A DNA stretch of 64,000 nucleotides from Verrucomicrobiota bacterium (GTDB taxonomy: Bacteria > Verrucomicrobiota > Verrucomicrobiia > Limisphaerales > AAA164-E04): assembly GCA_047947115.1 (NCBI GenBank), contig CP170459.1, positions 4,256,001-4,320,000 on the forward strand. The letters run 5' to 3'. Positions within the stretch are counted from its first letter, which is position 1. Each line of letters begins with the position of its first letter. The translations under genes and the position numbers were made by a program. Shown here one piece after another: positions 29,089 to 40,289 of this stretch. The notes below the pieces were generated by a model, which ran no database searches, was not told the DNA's origin, and saw only the letters and a list, made by a program, of their open reading frames with translations.

Positions 29089-31770
29089 ATGAAATTAAAA
29101 TCTGCATACCGCCGCGCTGCCGGTTGGCTGGGACTCGCCGCCGTGATGATCTCTCAACCGATCCTGAAAAGTGAAACGTCCCTGTTTGAGCAGGTTTATT
29201 GCACCAAACATGCCCATTTTCTGGCACCGACGGATTCACCCGATCACCGCAAATATGCTCCCAGCCGTTATGTGGATTTCCTGCATGTCAAGCTGGACAT
29301 CACACCGAATTTCAAGAAACGCACCGTTTCCGGCACCACGCATATCACCTTCAAACCGATCGCAAATGCATTGGACCAGTTGCGATTGGATGCCGTCGAG
29401 CTGACATTTGGAGAAATCAATGCCTCACACACCATCTCCGGCTGGCATGTTTCGGATGACGCAATCATCATAGATTTTCAAAACGCGATCCTTCCCGAGG
29501 AAGAAGCTTGGATCTCCCTGGAACACTCGGCCGAACCCAGTAAGGGCATGTATTTCAGAACCCCGGAAACGGGTTATAAGGAAGGCGAAGCCCATCTTTT
29601 CACACAAGGTGAACCGGTTGAAGCTCGTCACTGGTTTCCATCTTTCGATGCACCCAACGAAAAATTCACCACTGAAATCACCTGTCGGGTTCCCTCGGGC
29701 ATGGAAGTATTGTCCAACGGACATCTGACTTCGAAGGAACCTGTTCCCAACACGGATCTGACAGCATTCACCTGGTTACAGGACAAACCGCACGTGAATT
29801 ACCTCATCTCCGTCGTGGCGGGGTATTTCGTCAAAATCGAAGACCGTTACAAGAATATACCCATGGCATTCTGGACGCTGCCTTCTGAAATTGAACAGGC
29901 TCAGAATTCCTTTCAGGACACCAAGGCGATGATGGCTTTCTTTGAAGAGGAAATCGGCGTGCCATATCCCTGGGCCAAATACGATCAGATCTGCGTCAAT
30001 GATTTTGTCGCAGGCGGCATGGAAAACACCAGTCTGACTTCCCTCACCGACAGCACCCTTTTCACCTCCGACACGGAGAACCTGCGATCCAGCCAGGGGC
30101 TTGTCGCACATGAATTGGCACATCAATGGTTCGGCGACCTGGTCACGTGCAAGGACTGGAGCCACCTCTGGCTCAACGAAGGATTCGCCACCTTTTATGA
30201 CGCCTTGTTTGAAGAGCACAAAAACGGGCGGGATGCCTTTCTGTATCAGATGTATAAAAATGCAAGAGGCTTTGCAGGAAGCCACAGCGATGAAACGCCC
30301 ATTGTTCATCGGGCTTACAATCAACCCATGGACCAATTCGGCTACCGCGCCTATCCCAAGGGGAGCTGGATCCTGCACATGCTCCGCACACGATTGGGAG
30401 AGGACCTGTATCGCAAGTGCATTCAAACCTACCTGGAACGACACGCTTATGGAGTCGTGGTAACGGAAAACCTGAACGCAGTCATTGAAGAATTGTCGGG
30501 TCAGTCCTTTGACAGATTTTTTGATCAATATGTATTTCACGGAGGACATCCTGACCTCAGTCTTTCCTATTCCTGGGATTCCAAATTGAAACTGGCAAAA
30601 GTTTCCGTGAAACAGAATCAGAAAGTCGGGGACAAAGTCATGCTGTTTGAAATCCCGGCCACCATTCGTTTCAAAACCAGTGAAGCCGTGATCGACCACC
30701 CGATTACCATCCGAGAAAAATCGGAGGATTTTTACATCCCATTACCCGAAGCACCTGAAGTTGTGCGCTTCGATCCGGAATACACACTTTTGGCCAGGAT
30801 CAGTTTTTCAAAACCAACCCCGTTGGTATTGTCTCAACTCAAGGATGAATCGGATGTCATGGGACGAATCTTTGCGGTCAAGGATCTGGAGAAAAACAAA
30901 TCCCAAAATTCCGTCGACGCATTGAAAGAGCGGCTGAACAATGATCCATTTTACGGAGTTCGACTGGAAGTTGCGGATGCGTTGGGAAGCATGCATACAC
31001 CTGAATCCCTGTCCGCTTTGTTGGAATCCAGCGATCAGGATGATGCCCGGGTGCGGTATGCCATACAAAACGCCATGACAAGGTTTTATCATCCGGATGC
31101 CTATGAGGCTGCGAAACATGTCGTGGAATCAGAATCCAATCCCATGATTGTTAGTCGTTCCCTGAATGCCATAGGAAATTATGGAGATGTAGAAATCCCG
31201 GCGTTATTGCTTCGCTTCTTAAACCAACCCTCCTACCGCAATCGCCTGACTGAGGCAGCGATCACTGCGATGGGATCTCAGGATGATGCGGACTATGTCA
31301 TGCCCATTCTGAACACACTCATGAAGCGCAATCAGGAGTTCACAACGAGAGGTTATTCCAGCGCACTGTCCACCCTGGCCCAACTGAGCCGACATCTGGA
31401 AGACAAGTCCATGGTGTTGAGTTTCATCACGGGACATTTGCAGGATCCGAAGAACAATATCCGGCTCGGCGCCATCCGCGCTTTGGCCAAACTGGGAGAC
31501 TCAAGGGCCATCGTAAAATTGAATGGATGGCTGAGTGCGGATCCGGATTCAGCCGAACACAAAGCGGCACGAAGCACGATTGACACCCTCAATCGACAAA
31601 ATCAACCCGGCGATGATCTGCGAAACCTGCGCAACAAGATTCAAGAAATGGAATCGAGTCACAAATCCCTCGAAAACCAATTGGCCGATCTAAAAAACAA
31701 ACTGGAAGCGCTTACCATCCCTGCGGAGCCTTCCAAGGAAGGAAACAAAGAGGAATCCAAGGAAAACTGA
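29089..31770 (+). CDS. M1 family aminopeptidase with C-terminal HEAT repeats
   Basis: [14 protein letters not shown]...[16 protein letters not shown] and coiled-coil tail. Confidence 0.93.
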   Translation: MKLKSAYRRAAGWLGLAAVMISQPILKSETSLFEQVYCTKHAHFLAPTDSPDHRKYAPSRYVDFLHVKLDITPNFKKRTVSGTTHITFKPIANALDQLRLDAVELTFGEINASHTISGWHVSDDAIIIDFQNAILPEEEAWISLEHSAEPSKGMYFRTPETGYKEGEAHLFTQGEPVEARHWFPSFDAPNEKFTTEITCRVPSGMEVLSNGHLTSKEPVPNTDLTAFTWLQDKPHVNYLISVVAGYFVKIEDRYKNIPMAFWTLPSEIEQAQNSFQDTKAMMAFFEEEIGVPYPWAKYDQICVNDFVAGGMENTSLTSLTDSTLFTSDTENLRSSQGLVAHELAHQWFGDLVTCKDWSHLWLNEGFATFYDALFEEHKNGRDAFLYQMYKNARGFAGSHSDETPIVHRAYNQPMDQFGYRAYPKGSWILHMLRTRLGEDLYRKCIQTYLERHAYGVVVTENLNAVIEELSGQSFDRFFDQYVFHGGHPDLSLSYSWDSKLKLAKVSVKQNQKVGDKVMLFEIPATIRFKTSEAVIDHPITIREKSEDFYIPLPEAPEVVRFDPEYTLLARISFSKPTPLVLSQLKDESDVMGRIFAVKDLEKNKSQNSVDALKERLNNDPFYGVRLEVADALGSMHTPESLSALLESSDQDDARVRYAIQNAMTRFYHPDAYEAAKHVVESESNPMIVSRSLNAIGNYGDVEIPALLLRFLNQPSYRNRLTEAAITAMGSQDDADYVMPILNTLMKRNQEFTTRGYSSALSTLAQLSRHLEDKSMVLSFITGHLQDPKNNIRLGAIRALAKLGDSRAIVKLNGWLSADPDSAEHKAARSTIDTLNRQNQPGDDLRNLRNKIQEMESSHKSLENQLADLKNKLEALTIPAEPSKEGNKEESKEN

Positions 31771-31772
31771 AC

Positions 31773-32282
31773 ATGGAAAACGATCAGAAAAACGGTGGAA
31801 CGCAACCCAGAGTGGGCATCATCATGGGAAGCGATTCCGACTGGCCCACCATGAAAGCTGCGGCGGAAGTGTGCACGCAATTTGGAATAGAATTTGAAGC
31901 ACGCGTCGTGTCCGCTCATCGCACTCCGCATGACATGGCGGAATATGGCGACAAAGCCCACGAACGAGGGTTGCAGGTCATCATTGCAGGAGCAGGAGGA
32001 GCCGCACATCTCCCGGGCATGGTGGCCAGTCATACGCCGCTCCCCGTTATCGGCGTCCCCGTGCAGAGCAAAGCATTGAATGGTCTCGACTCCCTGCTGT
32101 CCATTGTCCAAATGCCAGGAGGCATTCCCGTGGCGACGGTCGCCATTGGAAACGCCAAAAACGCTGGATTACTGGCCATTTCCATCCTGGCTTCACAAGA
32201 TCCCGGGCTTCAGAAAAAGCTCATGGATTACAAGCAGCAGATGGCGGAAGAGTCTCGCAAGAAAACTGCCAACCTGATCTGA
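31773..32282 (+). CDS. purE: N5-CAIR mutase
   Basis: [39 protein letters not shown]. Confidence 0.97.
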   Translation: MENDQKNGGTQPRVGIIMGSDSDWPTMKAAAEVCTQFGIEFEARVVSAHRTPHDMAEYGDKAHERGLQVIIAGAGGAAHLPGMVASHTPLPVIGVPVQSKALNGLDSLLSIVQMPGGIPVATVAIGNAKNAGLLAISILASQDPGLQKKLMDYKQQMAEESRKKTANLI

Positions 32283-32418
32283 ACATTAAACGCTGATTCG
32301 AAGGAGCTTGAGATTACCTTTGCAGAGTTCCCTGGAAATGGGGAAACCACATGGAAAGCGCCTGGGATCCCGACTCGTCGGGATTTTACCTTTTGCTTGG
32401 GCATTCGAGGGCATTGAT

Positions 32419-34944
32419 TCAGGGTTTGCGGCGTTCAATCATGGATTTGACTCCGTCCACATCCAGGCGCTTTACGGGAAGCTCCCATCCAAGAGTGTCC
32501 CCGTTGGGTTGAAATCCGTTGCCGTCCACATCCACATAGATGGGATTATGATAGGCACAAGGTTTCCAGGAAGCCTGGGAACTGGTGCCATATCCAATGG
32601 ATAGATCTTCATTTTCCCCATACGCGACCACCATCAAATGGCTGTCTTCACTGAGTGGAACTTCAATGGTTTGTTCAAAAGCAATAAGTCCTTTCTGAAA
32701 CATGTCCGGATGTGAAGCGGCAGTATAGTTGAGTGAAGGAACCTTTCGACTGTTCACGAGCACCTGCACCCTATCAATCTTGATCCAGTCAGTGCATTGA
32801 ACCTTGACTTTCACTCTGATGGAACCCTGGGCTCGTGTGAAACCTCCGCTGATTTGACCATCCTCCGTTTCCACCTCCAGAAAGGGGCCCGTAGTCATCA
32901 TCATTCGACCCGCTTTGGCATTACGAACAATTTCCTGCCAGTCAATTTCAGAAGGATTGTCTGTTGAGGATGGCACGTAGCTCCTCCATCCACCGACTCC
33001 GTTGCCATGAACCGAATGGGCATCTGAAACGGCAATGCTCCACATCTTGCGTCCCGTATTGAGCAATTGTCGCCAGACAAATTCACGGTGATTTCTGACA
33101 ATCGGTTGCTTGTTGGCGGCCTCGGCGATGTAATAAGGCGCATCTGCAAGGATGTTCAATCCCCAAACCTCGGCGGCATCCACCATATTTTCGAGCCCTA
33201 CATACCCCAGGTCCGGGCGCCCGTCACCGTTTCGATCAACAAAATCCGCCACTGTATCAGGGTGATTGAGATGCACCCAGCGTTCTGCCATGGCCCCCTG
33301 GAAATCACGTAATACAATGGCATTAAGTCGCGGATCTTTCTGCCACTGCGGGGCACCATGGTCTTGCGTGAAAGGTGTGGGCGTAAATGGAAAGGCATTG
33401 AAATGCGCACCGGATCCGGTGAGTTCGAGCCCTGGAACACTTAGCATTTCCTGCGCTAATCCAAGTTTTTCAATATGAGGTGTCCAGTCGTATAAACGAT
33501 TGTGCTCCGTTGTCGGAACGAACTCCACCTGCTCGACGGCTAGGTTGATGATGCGATCATCAGTCTTGGTGTTGTTGTCTCCGCTTGGAGTCGAGTGATT
33601 GTGAAAATCGGTACTAACCCAACCGGTCGTATCCACCAGTCTTGTCAGCTGCCCCCCGAACTCCAAAGTGGTTTCAGGCCTAAGCTCAATGATCCTGCGA
33701 AGGTGACTGTATTCGATCCCGTGAGTGACGGTGATTTGATATTTTCCGGGCGTCACCTGAACACTGAACGCTCCATTTTCTGAATGGTATTGATCCACGC
33801 ATCCATGGGCTCGGTTTGCCGGTCCGAGATTGGGCGTTTTTGTATCATCCAATCCTTTGAATTGCACCTTGCAGGGAATAGATCGACCATGTGCATCCCG
33901 AATGTCAAAATCAATCTTTGCCGGAGCATTCATGGATGCCATCAATGGTGTGGAATCATTGGCTACAATGACAACATTTCTGGTCAGGGGGGATCGGCCA
34001 CGATCCTGAACCTCCACCTCGTATTCTCCAGATGGAAGCTGCAATGTAAACCGTCCGTCCTTGTCTGGATATGCGGTCAGAGCCGATTCCCCACGTTTGA
34101 GCGTCAGGGATGCCGTGCCAATACCACTGCCAGTCGAATCGCTGACAACACCGGTGAGTGTTCCAGCATCCGATTTTAATGTTGCGAGAAAACCAAATGC
34201 CTGGGCTGGCGAAGCACCCACCGCCACGGCCCTGGCCCACTCAACTCGTTGACCCGGCTCAATGCTGAGAGGTTCATCCCCAGGCATGATGCATCCATCC
34301 AAGTCCATCCACGCCGTTGCATATCCGCATTTATCGGCGGGATCAACGGAATCCCAAACGGTGATTCCCGCGACCTTTTTCTTGTCGTTGACGGGTTTCC
34401 ACTGATCAATGGGATCAAATGCCACAGTTTGGTCTGATTGATTATGCACATGTGTCGAGATGAGCAAACCATGCCAGTCATCTCTCAAACGGTAACGATG
34501 AACGATTTCCAATCCATCATTACTCGCAGCGGATACCAACACTTCAATGACAGCCTCCCCTGATTCCCCGGAATCCACCACCCTGACATAAGTTACCGGA
34601 CCACGCTGATTGGAGGGTGAGAAAACGGTGATTTGATCGTTGTCTGTGCCTCTGAGAGTCAAATCATACAAACAACCAGGACTGACAGCATCCCACCAGC
34701 CACCCATATCAGCCTTACGCAAGGGGGCATCACTGGAAATAACCGCTTCGATCAGATTATTCCGCATGAGAAAATCCCCTACAATGCCGTCAGCTTCTTT
34801 GCCACCGGGCAGCAAACCAGTTTGCGACTTCCCAATTTCAAGGGCTTCGGGAGAAGCCACAGACGACAGAACACTCAGTAAGAACAGAAAAACCGGAAGA
34901 AACGGAGATATATGAACACGCAAAGAGGAAGAAACGAATTTCAT
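32419..34944 (-). CDS. Secreted PHP-like (CehA/McbA-type) metallohydrolase
   Basis: DFHNHS, TEHN, HFNAFP, NHPD, SDAH; carboxypeptidase-regulatory-like domain; start uncertain. Confidence 0.8.
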   Translation of the reverse strand: MKFVSSSLRVHISPFLPVFLFLLSVLSSVASPEALEIGKSQTGLLPGGKEADGIVGDFLMRNNLIEAVISSDAPLRKADMGGWWDAVSPGCLYDLTLRGTDNDQITVFSPSNQRGPVTYVRVVDSGESGEAVIEVLVSAASNDGLEIVHRYRLRDDWHGLLISTHVHNQSDQTVAFDPIDQWKPVNDKKKVAGITVWDSVDPADKCGYATAWMDLDGCIMPGDEPLSIEPGQRVEWARAVAVGASPAQAFGFLATLKSDAGTLTGVVSDSTGSGIGTASLTLKRGESALTAYPDKDGRFTLQLPSGEYEVEVQDRGRSPLTRNVVIVANDSTPLMASMNAPAKIDFDIRDAHGRSIPCKVQFKGLDDTKTPNLGPANRAHGCVDQYHSENGAFSVQVTPGKYQITVTHGIEYSHLRRIIELRPETTLEFGGQLTRLVDTTGWVSTDFHNHSTPSGDNNTKTDDRIINLAVEQVEFVPTTEHNRLYDWTPHIEKLGLAQEMLSVPGLELTGSGAHFNAFPFTPTPFTQDHGAPQWQKDPRLNAIVLRDFQGAMAERWVHLNHPDTVADFVDRNGDGRPDLGYVGLENMVDAAEVWGLNILADAPYYIAEAANKQPIVRNHREFVWRQLLNTGRKMWSIAVSDAHSVHGNGVGGWRSYVPSSTDNPSEIDWQEIVRNAKAGRMMMTTGPFLEVETEDGQISGGFTRAQGSIRVKVKVQCTDWIKIDRVQVLVNSRKVPSLNYTAASHPDMFQKGLIAFEQTIEVPLSEDSHLMVVAYGENEDLSIGYGTSSQASWKPCAYHNPIYVDVDGNGFQPNGDTLGWELPVKRLDVDGVKSMIERRKP

Positions 34945-35017
34945 GATGAGAAGCATACTGCCCTGAGAAACCCACAAAACCAAGTCAATCCTGTGACAAT
35001 TTTCTCATATTTAGGAA

Positions 35018-35033
35018 TGGCATCAAGCTTGCG
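35018..35033 (+). promoter_or_regulatory. sigma54 (-24/-12) promoter
   Basis: TGGCAT-CAAGC-TTGCG with exact GG-N10-GC spacing. Confidence 0.65.
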
Positions 35034-35043
35034 TTCTATCAAA

Positions 35044-35286
35044 TGAGACAGGAACGGATAGTACGAACAAAACATAGCAATGAGGATCAAAGGAGAAAAA
35101 GACACAAAACTGTTCCGTCCATTTAGCTAGCCGACAAACCATCTAGCCATCCAAGTTGGACACCCAGCATACAAAAAACGGGGAATCGCACAGGTAGCCG
35201 CACCTACCTTCCTCGTCCGCACGCCAACTCACCGACTTGGAGTCGCGCGCACCGACTCCCATCTCTTCGGAGATGGGAGTTTCTTT
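35044..35286 (+). ncRNA. Candidate sigma54-dependent structured small RNA
   Basis: Lies between the sigma54 motif and a + strand terminator; several stems with G:U pairs; four CGCAC motifs; no convincing ORF. Confidence 0.5.
35255..35286 (+). terminator. Intrinsic terminator with cUUCGg loop
   Basis: actcccatctc-ttcg-gagatgggagt followed by ttcttt; U-tract on the + strand only. Confidence 0.85.
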
Positions 35287-35318
35287 AATTAAGCCAACAG
35301 AGGGCAAAGGTGAAACTT

Positions 35319-35717
35319 TCACCGGGATGATGCCGGAGTGGGTTGCTGGGGCACGATGTCCACCTTGCCTGTTTGAGGATGATAGGTTACCACCATTCCA
35401 TAAGGAGCAGTGGGTTCCTTGGCTAGCAGTCCCTCTCGAACCAAAACGGACAAACTCTCAGGATTGCGCCCCTCCAGAATCCGGTATTCCTGCAACGCCT
35501 TGTTCACCTGGGACAGTTCGAGGGTTTTATTGGCCATCTTGTTTGCGGTATTGACGGCGCCAAGATAATCGACCGGAGCGGTCAAAGGATTACCGGAAGA
35601 TTCACTGCTTTCCGCCTGTTTGCTGGTTTCCGGAGAAGTCACTGCTTCATCCTTTTTTCCACAGGCAGACAACAGAATCAGGCAAAGTAGCGAAAAGATT
35701 GATCCGATATGATTCAT
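35319..35717 (-). CDS. Hypothetical lipoprotein
   Basis: LLSAC lipobox; GNPLTAPVDYLGA; abuts the upstream AsmA-like gene. Confidence 0.7.
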   Translation of the reverse strand: MNHIGSIFSLLCLILLSACGKKDEAVTSPETSKQAESSESSGNPLTAPVDYLGAVNTANKMANKTLELSQVNKALQEYRILEGRNPESLSVLVREGLLAKEPTAPYGMVVTYHPQTGKVDIVPQQPTPASSR

Positions 35718-38700
35718 TTACTGGTCCTCTTTGGCAGGTTCTTCTTGCTGTTTATTGCGGGATCCCCCCAGCTGATTGAACAGTTTGAATGGGTTGACTT
35801 GCTGTAAGACCCCGCCTGGGGATTCCTGCTCACCTTCCTTTTTGGGATCACCCGCCCCTGCTTCTTCATTCTCTTTCTTACCGGAGTCACCTACCAGGAA
35901 ATTACCGACACCTTTGAGCGCATTGACCGCGCCCTCTCCCACATTAAGAGGCAATCCGGCAGTTGATTTCATGAGGAGTCCCGAAAGGACAAGTTTGTCG
36001 GTCTTGGTTTCTGGTTTACCGACGGTTCCCTGCAGGCTGACAAAATCCGGAAGCTTTACAAACGGTGCGTCTTTCGGAGCACTGTATGGAATAAGATTGG
36101 ATTTCCTGGCAATGGATCGCTCCAGATGAAAAGCGACAGGTAAATTCAACACACTGTTGGTCAGAACATTTGCCAGGGGTATATCCCCTCCTGTGTGCAC
36201 TTGAAACGCATCGGAAAGCACTTTGGTATCCTTCAACGAAAGCACCTGGTTCTGAACGCCTACATGGGCTTCCATGCCGGTTATCGGGGCCTTCATCAAC
36301 TCAGGCAAACGCAGGAGTGCCGTGATGGGGGTCATCAACAATCGAACCGTGGGACTGACCAGTTCAATATTGGCATCCGAATATTGCATGGACATGGAGC
36401 CGCTAAGATGCTGCTGCAGGGCGGGTTCCGTGAGCCCGGCCCCTGACCAGTCACCTTTGGCTGTCAGCAACCCGCTGACCTTTCCTTTGTTGGCCGGATC
36501 AAGGGTATCGGTGAGGGCCTGAACCGGAATGTTCTGAACGTCAAAGTTCAGAACATAACCCCAGTCGGGTTTGGTGAAATCCATGTGCAAGCTGGCCTGA
36601 ACAGGTGCGTCGTTCAACTGCATCGAAACCGGTTCGAGATGCAGGGTATTGGTTTGCCAGAGCATTCGCCCTTTGAATGCCTGCAAAGAAAGTTCTCGCA
36701 TGAACAGCTTTCCGATATCCAACTGGGCATCCAACTCCCCAAGTGGCACATCAAGCGGAGCCGGGTCCGCTGATTGAGACGCGGGCTCCGGGGTTGCGTT
36801 TTGCGCCTGCGGAGTGTCCGTGGTCGTCTCAGCATGAGCCGTCAAAAGATCCATGTAAGGCGTCAAATCCATGGAAGCCGAACTGAGGTTCACGGCTGCT
36901 TTCGATGCAATACTCAGTTGCATCGGCAGGTGACCGGAAAGTTTCAGGATGTTTCCCGCCTTCGCGGTTGGAGAAAGTTTCAGCGTTCCCTCACGTATGT
37001 CAAGCTGGTCAGCGGTCCACCCCAGATCCCAAACCAATTCTGTCATCAACTTGCGAATGTCTTTCGTTTCGGCGTCTTCATATTGTAGATTGGTGATATC
37101 GACCTTGCCCTGAAAGGAACTTTCCGCTGCAGGATCCAAGTCCAATTCCCCATTCAAATCCATCCCCACATCCTTGAACGGACCTTCGCCGGAATGAACA
37201 CCCAGAACAGGCTGTAACGCGTGACGATTGATGCCGTTGGACTGAATCTTGAATGCCCCCTTCAAGGAAGCAAGGTCCAGATCCCCGCTGAGCCCAATGG
37301 AACCACCCAGTTCGTATCCTTCTTTGAACGCTACCTGAGTATTACCGAGTCGAAATTTGTCTCCTTGCAAGCTGCCATCTGTCCCAAAGTCGACTGAGGA
37401 CCGTTGAAACTGAAGGCCGGCAAAACTCCCGGTGTAATCCGACAAGGCGGTTTGAACATTGCCTGACCATCCGTCTTCCTTTTGCTGCACACGTGCAGTC
37501 AATTTCCCGCTGCCTTTTTCCACCACCAATCCATCCACGGGAAGGAACGCGGACAGCAGAGGCAGGTCGCCACTGGCATCAAGTTGTAATTGCATTCCGG
37601 GTTTTTCAATATGGTAAGCGCCCGACCCTGAAGCGGAAGCAACCACCTCTTCAGAACCGTTGACCCATTCCATTTGAATCTGATCCAATATCAGCCTCGC
37701 AAAGTCTTGAATGGTAAAACCTGTTTCCACTTTGACTCGATGATTGGCCAGGATCTGATTGTTCACGGACAAATGTGCCTTCGTCAACTCGCCGCTGCCA
37801 CTCGCCTGAATCCGCTTCCCCTGCTGTAAAAAGGCAACATCCAGATTCCCGTTTACTTCTCCCTGTTGCACGACTCCTCCCAAAAGCGAATTCCAAGGAA
37901 CCAGATCCATTTGTTTAAGACTCAACTGGAACTTTGAATCCTGAAAATTTTGGCGGTTCAGCCCCCAGGATAAGGTCACCGGTTTATCAATGTTTCCTTC
38001 CAGCCAAGTTCGATTGTTGTTGGATGCACTGACACTCCATTCACGGATGTTGACAGATTCCTGATCGGCATCATAGTGAGCGACCATTTTCAGTTCCGTG
38101 TCCATTTTCGGCAGGGCCATTCCCTGCGTTTCCAAAGAAAAATCCTTGGCAGTCGTCACGGTGCTGAGGGCGATGTAACTCCCCCCCTTGGTCAGGGAAC
38201 AGGTCAAGGTGCCGTCGATGACCGTGTCACCAAAGTCCAATCCGGCAAGCGCTCCAGCCAGGTTCAGGAACTGACGATTCAGACCGGATAAAGCCAGTTG
38301 AAGATCGCCTTCCAAGGTATCGAATTTCATCGGCCCTGAAAGCTCGATGCTTCCCGCCGCTTGCCCGTTTTTAGAAAATCGAATCGAGGCTTCATCAATG
38401 GAATCGGGTTGAACCGTCAAGGCCATGGCACCTCCGACTCCTTTCAAATCCGCATAGTCCGTCGAAGTGGACCGAACCTCGATGGAACCGGAAAGGGAAG
38501 ATTTCTTTGGGAACAGATCTGCATTCAAGTCCAAGTCCCCTTTCAGCATCATCTGAGTTGACAGCAGTTCTTCTTCTTCATTTGAGCTGGCATTGAGGGT
38601 CGTCATCCGAATCAGCGATTCCAGATTGATGGAACCGGAAAGATCTTGTCCAACTCTTGAAACATGCGCTTTAGAAAGAGCTATTTCCACCTGACTCCCT

Positions 38701-39242
38701 CCTTGATTCGCACCTTCTTTTCGATAAACGATGGTTCCGTCGACCACCTTCAGGTCATTGAGATCCAATCTGGGAAGAGGTGCATCAGGGCTGGGCGGCA
38801 GGCTGTTCAACCAATCTGTCAGATTACTGCTCCCGTCCTCGCGTTCGGTGATGGTGACTTTGGGATTCTGCAGATGAAGCTGATTTAACTTGATCGTTCC
38901 GCCGATAATGTCCCCCAGGCTGTATTGAACAGTCGCCCGTTGAGCCGAAACCATGGTTTCCTGATCGGCGGGCGAAAAATCCAGATCCTCGATTTCAATG
39001 CCTGTCAGAGGACTGAAAGAAACCTTGCCAACAGTGACCTTGGCCATCATCGAGTTTTCCACCATTGGAAGCACGATGGATCGAACAAAGAACGAGCTTC
39101 CAATTACAAGATATACTCCAATCAGCAACAAACAGCCCAGTCCTCCAGCTATCGCCGCGCGCTTGGGCCAAGGATTTTTCTTCGTGTTTTCCGCAGAATT
39201 ATCTAAGCCAGATTTTGATGGATCGTGAGTCGAATCAGTCAT
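35718..39242 (-). CDS. AsmA-like family protein
   Basis: Single N-terminal TM, DGSSNL motif, long beta-rich body, AsmA-like C-terminus. Confidence 0.8.
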   Translation of the reverse strand: MTDSTHDPSKSGLDNSAENTKKNPWPKRAAIAGGLGCLLLIGVYLVIGSSFFVRSIVLPMVENSMMAKVTVGKVSFSPLTGIEIEDLDFSPADQETMVSAQRATVQYSLGDIIGGTIKLNQLHLQNPKVTITEREDGSSNLTDWLNSLPPSPDAPLPRLDLNDLKVVDGTIVYRKEGANQGGSQVEIALSKAHVSRVGQDLSGSINLESLIRMTTLNASSNEEEELLSTQMMLKGDLDLNADLFPKKSSLSGSIEVRSTSTDYADLKGVGGAMALTVQPDSIDEASIRFSKNGQAAGSIELSGPMKFDTLEGDLQLALSGLNRQFLNLAGALAGLDFGDTVIDGTLTCSLTKGGSYIALSTVTTAKDFSLETQGMALPKMDTELKMVAHYDADQESVNIREWSVSASNNNRTWLEGNIDKPVTLSWGLNRQNFQDSKFQLSLKQMDLVPWNSLLGGVVQQGEVNGNLDVAFLQQGKRIQASGSGELTKAHLSVNNQILANHRVKVETGFTIQDFARLILDQIQMEWVNGSEEVVASASGSGAYHIEKPGMQLQLDASGDLPLLSAFLPVDGLVVEKGSGKLTARVQQKEDGWSGNVQTALSDYTGSFAGLQFQRSSVDFGTDGSLQGDKFRLGNTQVAFKEGYELGGSIGLSGDLDLASLKGAFKIQSNGINRHALQPVLGVHSGEGPFKDVGMDLNGELDLDPAAESSFQGKVDITNLQYEDAETKDIRKLMTELVWDLGWTADQLDIREGTLKLSPTAKAGNILKLSGHLPMQLSIASKAAVNLSSASMDLTPYMDLLTAHAETTTDTPQAQNATPEPASQSADPAPLDVPLGELDAQLDIGKLFMRELSLQAFKGRMLWQTNTLHLEPVSMQLNDAPVQASLHMDFTKPDWGYVLNFDVQNIPVQALTDTLDPANKGKVSGLLTAKGDWSGAGLTEPALQQHLSGSMSMQYSDANIELVSPTVRLLMTPITALLRLPELMKAPITGMEAHVGVQNQVLSLKDTKVLSDAFQVHTGGDIPLANVLTNSVLNLPVAFHLERSIARKSNLIPYSAPKDAPFVKLPDFVSLQGTVGKPETKTDKLVLSGLLMKSTAGLPLNVGEGAVNALKGVGNFLVGDSGKKENEEAGAGDPKKEGEQESPGGVLQQVNPFKLFNQLGGSRNKQQEEPAKEDQ

Positions 39243-39263
39243 ACTGAATGTTTTTACAAGTCG

Positions 39264-40196
39264 TTAAGAGGACCTCTCCTTTTGTAACCAGTCTACATAA
39301 TCATGGATCCCCCGGTCCAGATCGAAAGCAGGCTGATATTCCAACTCTTTTCGGGCAAGCGAGATGTCGGCTTCGGTGAAATTCTGATAAAACGGGTATG
39401 GATTTTCGAAATAGTCCGGCTCCAGCTGTGTGCCCAGAGCTTTGTTCAGCCCCGCAACGATCTGATTGAATGATGCGGATGCACCTGATCCAATATTGTA
39501 AATCCTGGAATCCGGCGCCATCAAAGCCGCCAGCGTGGCAGCAACCACATCCTTCACGTAGACAAAATCACGCCGTTGCTCCCCATCTGTGAAAATACGC
39601 GGTCGTTTACCGGCTGCCATTTGCTGAAACAGTTGAAAAATCATGCTGGATGCGTGCCCTTTGTGAGCTTCTCGCGGTCCGTAAACATTGAAATAACGGA
39701 GTCCGACTATTTTCCAGGCCGGATGCTGCTGGTGATAATACCGTGCCAGATTGTCCAGCTGAACTTTGCTGAAGGCATAAACGTTTTGGGGAGAAGCATC
39801 GGTCGCCTCGGTCATCACCGATTGAGCCTTCCCATAGGTAGCGGCCGAGGAGGCATAAACCACCGGCGTTTGATCTCTTGAGGCCCAGTTTAACAGCATC
39901 CGGAAACTTTCCACATTGTCGCGGACCTGACGCAACTGATCGTGATCGGTCGTGTCCGTGATCGAGGCCAGGTGGAAAATGGCATCGAATGTTCCATCCC
40001 GGAATCGTTCGGAAAGTCTGAGTTCCGCCACATTCGACGCAATACAATCTCCTCTAAAGCCTTCCAGATTGGAGAAATGTCCGGACCGAAAATCATCCAC
40101 CACAACAATCCATGCATCCGGATAACGGTTTTGAAGTTCCAAAACCAGATTGGCCCCGATAAACCCGGCACCTCCTGTAACCAAAACGCTGCGCAT
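39264..40196 (-). CDS. hldD: ADP-L-glycero-D-manno-heptose 6-epimerase (extended SDR)
   Basis: VTGGAGFIGANL, YASSAATYG, YAFSK, LRYFNVYGPREAHKG, RDFVYVKD, YQNFTEAD. Confidence 0.85.
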   Translation of the reverse strand: MRSVLVTGGAGFIGANLVLELQNRYPDAWIVVVDDFRSGHFSNLEGFRGDCIASNVAELRLSERFRDGTFDAIFHLASITDTTDHDQLRQVRDNVESFRMLLNWASRDQTPVVYASSAATYGKAQSVMTEATDASPQNVYAFSKVQLDNLARYYHQQHPAWKIVGLRYFNVYGPREAHKGHASSMIFQLFQQMAAGKRPRIFTDGEQRRDFVYVKDVVAATLAALMAPDSRIYNIGSGASASFNQIVAGLNKALGTQLEPDYFENPYPFYQNFTEADISLARKELEYQPAFDLDRGIHDYVDWLQKERSS

Positions 40197-40289
40197 AAGT
40201 TTCCAAAATGCCCTGCAAATCAAAAAAATTCAAGCCAAGGCTGAAATCCCATTGCCTTGATGAACTTGAACCGCCTAGTCTGGACCCAC

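Noticed and set aside
29776..30699. 307-aa minus-strand ORF inside the M1 peptidase
   Set aside because: Antisense shadow with no motifs
35150..35241. Definite 6S RNA call
   Set aside because: A stem-bubble-stem is present but the closing stem is short; it cannot be assigned without a covariance model search
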